Shown in pieces: positions 55,991-64,000 of a DNA stretch of 64,000 nt (within the stretch, counting starts at the first letter, position 1; the number at the start of each line of letters is the position of its first letter). This stretch comes from Eledone cirrhosa (lineage: Eukaryota). The translations under genes were made by a program, and so were the position numbers. The stretch lies in assembly GCA_964016885.1 (NCBI GenBank), contig OZ024740.1, positions 30,008,001-30,072,000 on the forward strand, given 5' to 3'. The notes beneath the pieces are model-generated. The model ran no database searches and was not told the origin of the DNA. It saw nothing but the letters and a program-made list of their open reading frames with translations.

Positions 55991-56378
55991 CATTAGTAAC
56001 GCATTCTTTGTTTTACATGCTAGTGACTTGTTGTAAAGCTGTAGTGTGTTTATGAGTACTTACTGCCAATATTAAAAGTTATATGAAGTCCAAGATGCAG
56101 ATAAATAACTACACTGCCTCAGTGTGTGTCTGTGAAATAAATACACCAGGTCCGAACACAAACCATATTCATAAAAATGGTTTTAATCTTAGTATTTTGT
56201 AATATAATGTTAGTGTAAGGTTTGGTATTGTGTCTTTTGCTATCTTCTTTCTGAGACTTTCGGTATTTAAATTTATTCGATAGTTAATATACACTTGATT
56301 CGTGTAGTACACTTAATGCGTTGTAGTGTGTGTTTGAATAGGTGATCATGTTGTTATTGTTGGTGCTGCAGTGATTAT

Positions 56379-56544
56379 AAGATACTCTCATGGAATGACT
56401 AAATGAGGTTTAATATCCAACATAGTCCCTGCAAAATAACAATGCAGTTATTAATAAGAAGAGTTGAAATTAATGCATGCTAGATTTCACAACTCTAGCA
56501 TCACTTCTTCATAGTCAGCCTATGAACGTTTCAGCTCACCCTTG
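56379..56544 (-). mobile_element. Mariner-type MITE, partial copy (one TIR), inverted relative to 56657-56842
   Basis: tctcatggaatgactaaatgaggttt...acaatgcagttatta...agttgaaatt...cttcatagtcagcctatgaacgtttcagctcacccttg-TA is the reverse-complement homologue of the neighbouring copy. Confidence 0.8.
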
Positions 56545-56656
56545 TATTTAGTGCTGCATATGTGGATGAGTAATTAGATGGTCTTCTAAAAATGGATTTT
56601 GCCACAGATATTTTGTATCTGTTTTGACATTGTCTTTATATAAGTATATGAATATA

Positions 56657-56842
56657 CGAGGGTCGGCTGTAAAGTTTATAGGTCGACTATGAAGGATTCA
56701 AACTAGATCTGTGCACGAATTTCAACTCCTTTTAATAATAACTGCATTGTTTCTTTCCGAGAAATATGTTAAAAAATAAACCTCATATAGTCATTCCATG
56801 AGAATATCTTGGTCAACCTATGAAGTTTTCAGTCAATACTCG
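56657..56842 (+). mobile_element. Mariner/Tc1-type MITE (186 bp) with ~33-bp imperfect TIRs and TA flanks
   Basis: TA|cgagggtcggctgtaaagtttataggtcgacta ... tggtcaacctatgaagttttcagtcaatactcg|TA. Confidence 0.82.
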
Positions 56843-56859
56843 TATATGAATATATATTT

Positions 56860-57040
56860 TTGCAGTATTTGTTCTGAATCTTAACGATCTGTGTCTAAAA
56901 CCCACCGAGCTCAATTTCGTCTTCATCTCTTCGGAGCCAATAAAATAAAGTACCAGTCAAGTATTGGGATCGATATACTATCGATAGACTTTCTGCGCCC
57001 CACAAAATTAATGGCTTCGGGTGGAAGTTAGAAACAATTC
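56860..57040 (+). mobile_element. 5'-truncated, diverged copy of the same tRNA-derived SINE
   Basis: cccaccgagctcaatttcgtcttcatc..ataaaataaagtaccagt..gggatcgat..aaaattaatggc..ttagaaacaatt aligns with 55883-55990. Confidence 0.7.
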
Positions 57041-57794
57041 ATAAAATAATGAGAAAAACTCAATGCAAGAAGAGCTACTAAAATAGCAAAATGCCATCAA
57101 TGACAGCGACGGGTAAAATTTACATCAAAGGACAAAAATCAGCGGCTAGACATGATAGGAAGAAAGGAGCAAAGGAAGAAAAAGAACGAGACATCACACA
57201 AACATCATTTCACCTCTTCAGCTCTCAGACCGGTTGTAGTTTCGCACGATTTAATTTGCGAGGACTACATAAAATTGCCGGCTTGTGCAACAGAAAATAA
57301 ATATTTCTGCTGGTATGATGTATACGTAATAAAACGAACAAATTAGATAGACAGGTAGATAGAAACAATATTTGTGTCTTTGATGTAAATGAATAAGATG
57401 TATCTGTTATTTTTAATGTGATAGTTTTTGCCCATAAATGGAGTTGTTGCAGCGGTAGCTATCTTATCTCTATTATTCTGTATGTTTAATTTTAGTTCAG
57501 AATTGTTTGAGGTCTACCTTTAATTTCACCCCGTCTTTCGGTATGTCCATCACAACGAGTGTATCGCCTATACACCGTATGTGTATCACATGTTTACAAT
57601 ATATCTTGACACCATTTTGTTCTCTATTGGGACATTAGGGTAGACGTTCGCGACGTCTTCCGTAGCCATTCACACACAAAACAAGGTAATTAACAAGACA
57701 TAAACATACGATATACACCAGGTACGTGGGTAATAAACTGATCTTAATAGGAGAGAACAATATAGAAAGAATGAACTAGATAGAAGGGTTGTGG

Positions 57795-57820
57795 GAGGAG
57801 AGAAAGAGAAAGAGAAAGAA

Positions 57821-57854
<34 letters not shown>

Positions 57855-57992
57855 TGGGGAGAGAAGAATAGAGACAGGGTTGGAGAAGAGTGTGAGACAA
57901 AGATAGTTTGAAACTAGATAGAGAGTAGAGAATAGGCTTGGGGGGGGGGAGATGGAGGAGAAAAGGGAAAGAAAGAAAGAAAGGAAGGAAGA
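57795..57992 (+). repeat. Purine-rich (GA)n/(GAAA)n low-complexity tract
   Basis: gagagaaagagaaagagaaagaaagagagagagagag read directly. Confidence 0.85.
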
Positions 57993-58044
57993 ACTTTAAC
58001 ATTAATAAATAACAATAAACTATATATAATAAAATAACAATTGA

Positions 58045-58406
58045 AGTCCCCAATAGGGGGGGGCGTTACTGCAGGGTTGTCTTACACCCCGTGGATAGAA
58101 CAACCCTCAACACCAGGAACAGGTTTTGTAGGTGTTCCCGTCTTCCCTCTGTTTATCTTCCTCAACCTACAGGTTTATATACAGAGAACGCCCATTCACC
58201 CAGGCCATTTCGCCACATTCACTCACCTTTCAGCGAATTTACTGAGGTGTAGCACCTCTCTCTCCATTCTCACCTTCCTTCAGAAGTGTTACTTAAAGAA
58301 AAGGATAAGTTGTTGTCCGGAGAGAAAGGCGTTTGTCCTCAGTCCTTTTAACCTCGTCCACCATATTACCTGTTTCGCCATAGCAGCCAGACAGAGGAAA
58401 ACCGCC
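58045..58406 (-). mobile_element. L1/Tx1-clade non-LTR retrotransposon 3' end (ORF2 C-terminus with stops, plus part of 3' UTR)
   Basis: Minus frame AVFLCLAAMAKQVIWWTRLKGLRTNAFLSGQQLILFFK*HF*RKVRMEREVLHLSKFAER*VNVAK fits the L1/Tx1 AK..IW..R...F...W C-terminal pattern. The 3' boundary is uncertain. Confidence 0.7.
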
Positions 58407-58427
58407 AGATAGATAGATAGATAGATA
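58407..58427 (+). repeat. (AGAT)5 microsatellite at the 5'-truncation point of the Tx1-like element
   Basis: agatagatagatagatagata read directly. Confidence 0.9.
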
Positions 58428-58511
58428 AGGTATTAGCGGGCGATGTTATGAGAACTAGAGAGGAAGACAGAGATGTGTTGCTAAGACAACCATGAAGATA
58501 TACTGTCGTAG

Positions 58512-60090
58512 ATGAGGATGGTGGAATGGTGACAGAGAATGGTGGAATGGAGGAATGGTGACAGAGGATGGGGGAATGATGACAGAGAATGGGGGAATGG
58601 TGGAATGGTGACAGAGGATGGTGGAATGGTGGTGGGTGGAATGGTGGAATGGTGACAGGGAACGGTGGAATGGTGACAGAGGATGGTGGAATGGTGACAG
58701 AGGATGGTGGAATGGTGACAGAGAATGGTAGAATGTAACAGAGGATGGTGGAATGGTGGTGGGTGGAATGGTGGAATGGTGACAGGGAACGGTGGAATGG
58801 TGACAGAGGATGGTGGAATGGTGACAGAGAATGGTATAATGGTGACAGGGAACGGTGGAATGGTGACAGAGGATGGTGGAATGGTGACAGAGGATGGTGG
58901 AATGGTGACAGAGGATGGTGGAATGGTGACAGAGAATGGTAGAATGTAACAGAGGATGGTGGAATGGTGGTGGGTGGAATGGTGACAGGGAACGGTGGAA
59001 TGGTGACAGAGGATGGTGGAATGGTGACAGAGGATGGTGGAATGGTGACAGAGGATGGTGGAATAGTGACAGAGAATGGTAGAATGTAACAGAGGATGGT
59101 GGAATGGTGAAATGGTGGAATGGTGACAGAGGATGGTGGAATGGTGACAGGGAATGGTGGAATGGTGACAGGGAATGGTGGAATGGTGACAGGGAATGGT
59201 GGAATGGTGACAGGGAATGGTGGAATGGTGACAGAGGATGGTGGAATGGTGGTGGGTGGATGGTGGAATGGTGGTGGGTGGATGGTGGAATGGTGACAGA
59301 GAATGGTGCATGGTGGAATGGTGACAGAGGATGGTGGAATGGTGGTGGGTGGAATGGTGGAATGGTGACAGAGGATGGTGGAATGGTGGTGGGTGGATGG
59401 TGGAATGGTGACAGAGGATGGTGGAATGGTGACAGAGGATGGTGGAATGGTGACAGAGAATGGTGTATGGTGGAATGGTGATAGAGAATGGTGGAATGGT
59501 GATAGAGAATGGTGGAATGGTGACAGAGGATTGTGGATTGGTTGAATGGTGGAATGGTGACAGAGAATGGTGGAATGGTGACAGAGGATGGTGGAATGGT
59601 GACAGAGGATGGTGGAATGGTTGAATGGTGGAATGGTGACAGAGAATGGTGGAATGGTGACAGAGGATGGTGGAATGGTGACAGAGGATGGTGGAATGGT
59701 GACAGAGGATGGTGGAATGGTGACAGAGAATGGTGGAATGGTGATAGAGATTGGTAGAATGGTGACAGAGATTGGTAGAATGGTGACAGAGAATGGTAGA
59801 ATGGTGATAGAGAATGGTAGAATGGTGATAGAGAATGGTAGAATGGTGATATAGAATGGTAGAACGGTGATAGAGAATGGTGGAATTGTGGAATGGTGAA
59901 ATGGTGGAATGGTGACAGAGGATGGTAGAATGTGAAGGAGGATGGTGGAATGGTGGCATAGTGGAATGGTGACAGAGAATGGTGGAATGGTGGAATAGTG
60001 ACAGAAGAGGGTAGAATGGTGATAGAAAATGGTGGAATGGTGGAATGGAGGAATAGTGACAGAGGATGGAGGAATGGTGACAGAGGATGT
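58512..60090 (+). repeat. 21-bp G-rich minisatellite GAGGATGGTGGAATGGTGACA built on an 8-bp ATGGTGGA subunit
   Basis: Periodicity read directly, with gaga/ggga/gagg variants and extra ATGGTGGA subunits. Confidence 0.95.
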
Positions 60091-60127
60091 TAACATTAAC
60101 TTTGAATGTAATGGAAAACAGTGCCAT

Positions 60128-63100
60128 CTGTATAGTTGTATATATAGTACTGTAGGTGTTGTATATATAGTACTGTAGGTGTTGTATATATAGTATTGTA
60201 GGTGATATATATATAGTATTGGAGGTGTTGTATATATAGTACTGTAGGTGTTGTATATATAGTACTGTAGGTGTTGTATATATAGTATTGTAGGTGTTGT
60301 ATATATAGTATTGTAGGTGTTGTATATATAGTATTGGAGGTGTTGTATATATAGTACTGTAGGTGTTGTATATATAGTACTGTAGGTGTTGTATATATAG
60401 TACTGTAGGTGTTGTATATATAGTATTGTAGGTGTTGTATAAATAGTATTGTAGGTGTTATATATATAGTACTGTAGGTGTTATATATATAGTACTGTAG
60501 GTGTTGTATATATAGTACTGTAGATGTTGTATATATAGTATTGTAGATGTTGTATATATAGTATTGTAGGTGTTGTATATATAGTATTGTAGGTGTCGTA
60601 TAAATAGTATTGTAAGTGTTGTATATATATAGTACTGTAGATGTTGTATATATAGTAAGGTAGGCGTTATATATATATAGTAGTGTAGGTGTTATATATA
60701 TAGTAATGTAGGCGTTGTATATATAGTATTGTAGGTGTTGTATATATAGTATTGTAGGTGTTGTATATATAGTATTGTAGATGTTGTATATATAGTATTG
60801 TAGGTGTTGTATATATAGTATTGTAGGTGATGTATATATAGTACTGTAGGTGTTGTATATATAGTATTGTAGGTGTTGTATATATAGTATTGTAGATGTT
60901 GTATATATAGTATTGTAGGTGTTGTATATATAGTATTGTGGGTGTTGTATATATAGTATTGTAGGTGTTGTATATATAGTATTGTAGGTGTTGTATATAT
61001 AGTATTGTAGTTGTTGTATATATAGTATTGTAGGTGTTGTATATATAGTACTGTAGGTGTTGTATATATAGTATTGTAGGTGTTGTATATATAGTACTGT
61101 AGGTGTTGTATATATAGTATTGTAGGTGTTGTATATATAGTATTGTAGGTGTTGTATATATAGTACTGTAGGTGTTGTATATATAGTACTGTAGGTGTTG
61201 TATATATATAGTATTGTAGGTGTTGTATATATAGAAATGTAGGTGTTGTATATATAGTATTGTAGGTGTTGTATATATAGTATTGTAGGTGTTGTATATA
61301 TAGTATTGTAGGTGTTGTATATATAGTATTGTAGGTGTTGTATATATAGTATTGTAGGTGTTGTATATACAGTATTGTAGGTGTTATATATATAGTATTG
61401 TAGGTGTTGTATATATAGTATTGTAGATGTTGTATATATAGTATTGTAAATGTTGTATATATAGTAAGGTAGGTGTTGTATATATAGTATTGTAGGTGTT
61501 ATATATATAGTATTGTAGGTGTTGTATATATAGTATTGTAGGTGTTGTATATATAGTATTGTAGGTGTTGTATATATAGTATTGTAGGTGTTGTATATAT
61601 AGTATTGTAGATGTTGTATATATAGTATTGTAGATGTTGTATATATAGTATTGTAGGTGTTGTATATATAGTATTGTAGGTGTTGTATATATAGTACTGT
61701 AGGTGTTGTATATATAGTACTGTAGGTGTTGTATATATAGTATTGTAGGTGTTGTATATATAGTAATGTAGGTGTTGTATATATAGTAATGTAGGTGTTG
61801 TATATATAGTATTGTAGGTGTTGTATATATAGTATTGTAGGTGTTGTATATATAGTATTGTAGGTGTTGTATATATAGTAAGGTCGGCGTTATATATATA
61901 GTACTGTAGATGTTGGATATATAGTATTGTAGATGTTGTATATATAGTATTGTAGGTGTTGTATATATAGTAATGTAGGTGTTGTATATGTAGTATTGTA
62001 GGTGTTGTATATATAGTATTGTAGGTGTTATATATATAGTATTGTAGATGTTGTATATATAGTAAGGTAGGTGTTGTATATATAGTATTGTAGGTGTTGT
62101 ATATATAGTAATGTAGGTGTTGTATATATAGAATTGTAGGTGTTGTATATATATAGTAATGTAGGTGGTGTATATATAGTATTGTAGTTGTTGTATATAT
62201 AGTATTGTAGGTGTTGTATATATAGTATTGTAGGTGTTGTATATTTAGTACTGTAGGTGTTGTATATATAGTATTGTAGATGTTGTATATATAGTATTGT
62301 AGGTGTTGTATATATAGTATTGTAGGTGTTGTATATATAGTATTGCAGGTTTTGTATATATAGTACTGTAGGTGTTGTATATGTAGTATTTAGGTGTTGT
62401 ATATATAGTATTGTAGGTGTTGTATATATAGTACTGTAGGTGTTATATATATAGTATTGTATATATAGTATTGTAGGTGTTGTATATATAGTACTGTAGG
62501 TGTTGTATATGTAGTATTTAGGTGTTGTATATATAGTATTGTAGGTGTTGTATATATAGTATTGTAGGTGTTGTATATATAGTATTGTAGATGTTGTATA
62601 TATAGTATTGTATGTGTTGTATATATAGTAATGTAGGTGTTGTATATATAGTAATGTAGGTGTTGTATATATAGTATTGTAGGTGTTGTATATATAGTAT
62701 TGTAGGTGTTGTATATATAGTATTGTAGGTATTGTATATATAGTACTGTAGGTGTTGTATATATAGTATTGTAGGTGTTGTATATATAGTATTGTAGATG
62801 TTATATATATAGTACTGTAGGTGTTATATATATAGTATTGTAGATGTTGTATATATAGTAAGGTAGGTGTTGTATATATAGTATTGTAGGTGTTGTATAT
62901 ATAGTATTGTAGGTGTTGTATATATAGTATTGTAGGTGTTGTATATATAGTATTGTACGTGTTGTATATATAGTATTGTACGTGTTGTATATATAGTATT
63001 GTAGGTGTTGTATATATAGTATTGTAGGTGTTGTATATATAGTAATGTAGGCGTTGTATATATAGAATTGTAGGTGTTGTATATATATAGTAATGTAGGT

Positions 63101-64000
63101 GTTGTATATATATAGTAATGTAGGTGTTGTATATAGTATTGTAGATGTTGTATATATAGTATTGTAGGTGTTGTATATATCGTAATGTAGGTGTTGTATA
63201 TATAGAATTGTAGGTGTTGTATATATATAGTAATGTAGGTGTTGTATATATAGTAATGTAGGTGTTGTATATATATAGTAATGTAGCTGTTGTATATATA
63301 TAGTAATGTAGGTGTTGTATATATATATAGTAATGTAGGTGTTGTATATATAGTAATGTAGGTGTTGTATATATAGTAATGTAGGTGTTGTATATATAGT
63401 AATGTAGGTGTTATATAAATAGTAATGTAGGTGTTGTATATATAGTAATGTAGGTATTATATATAGTATTGTAGGTGTGGTATATATAGTAATGTAGGTA
63501 ATATATATATATATATATATCATATTGTAGGTGTTGTATATATAGTATTGTAGATGTTGTATATATAGTATTGTAGATGTTGTATATATAGTATTGTAGA
63601 TGTTGTATATATAGTATTGTAGGTGTTGTATATATAGTAATGTAGGTGTTGTATATATAGTAATGTAGGTGTTGTATATATAGTATTGTAGGTGTTGTAT
63701 ATATAGTAATGTAGGTGTTGTATATATATAGTAATGTAGGTGTTGTATATATAGTAATGTAGGTGTTATATATATAGTAATGTAGGTGTTGTATATATAG
63801 TCTTGTAGGTGTTGTATATATAGTATTGTAGGTGTTGTATATAGAGTAATGTAGGTGTTGTATATATAGTAATGTAGGTGTTATATATAGTAATGTAGGT
63901 GTGGTATATATAGTAATGTAGGTGATATATATATATATATATCATATTGTAGGTGTTGTATATATAGTATTGTAGATGTTGTATATATAGCATTGTAGGT
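60128..64000 (+). repeat. 23-bp AT-rich minisatellite TATATATAGTA(T/C/A)TGTAGGTGTTG, ~165 copies, runs off the window edge
   Basis: Periodicity read directly. Length variation is confined mainly to the internal (TA)n. Confidence 0.97.

Noticed and set aside
57722-57760. U2 snRNA target remnant (minus strand ATCAGTTTA) for a Keno-like Tx1 element
   Set aside because: Only about 9 nt match and the similarity breaks immediately, which is compatible with chance.
58366-60127. 576-aa and 548-aa His/Pro-rich ORFs on the minus strand
   Set aside because: They are translations of the 21-bp minisatellite in overlapping frames.
62801-63993. Tyr/Ile/Thr-rich ORFs
   Set aside because: They are translations of the 23-bp minisatellite.
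1-64000. Telomeric repeat array
   Set aside because: No (TTAGGG)n run is present on either strand.

Overview
Animal (eukaryotic) repeat-dominated window with no intact protein-coding gene that I can support. The tRNA-derived SINEs look like the octopus family, so a cephalopod host is inferred. About 90% of the window is four tandem arrays: (1) a 30/33-bp (ACA)n-derived minisatellite at 1-24400 that switches strand at ~1250, carries nested 6.06-kb, ~2.96-kb and 161-bp duplications, and reads as a mucin-like Thr-rich frame; (2) a 68-bp satellite of ~400 copies at 24620-52290; (3) a 21-bp GGAAT-rich minisatellite at 58510-60090; (4) a 23-bp AT-rich minisatellite at 60128-end. Between them (52290-58500) lie decayed mobile-element fragments (CRE-like/RLE, RTE, Penelope GIY-YIG, L1/Tx1, SINEs, mariner-type MITEs), microsatellites and a 52-bp palindrome. 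The main finding is that the 68-bp satellite is an in-place amplification of one motif (PxAVETSGVLGP...) from the restriction-like endonuclease (RLE) domain of a CRE-type non-LTR retrotransposon. The element's sequence is retained at both array edges, and an un-amplified sister copy lies ~600 bp downstream. All assignments come from reading the sequence and recalling motifs; no database searches were run.
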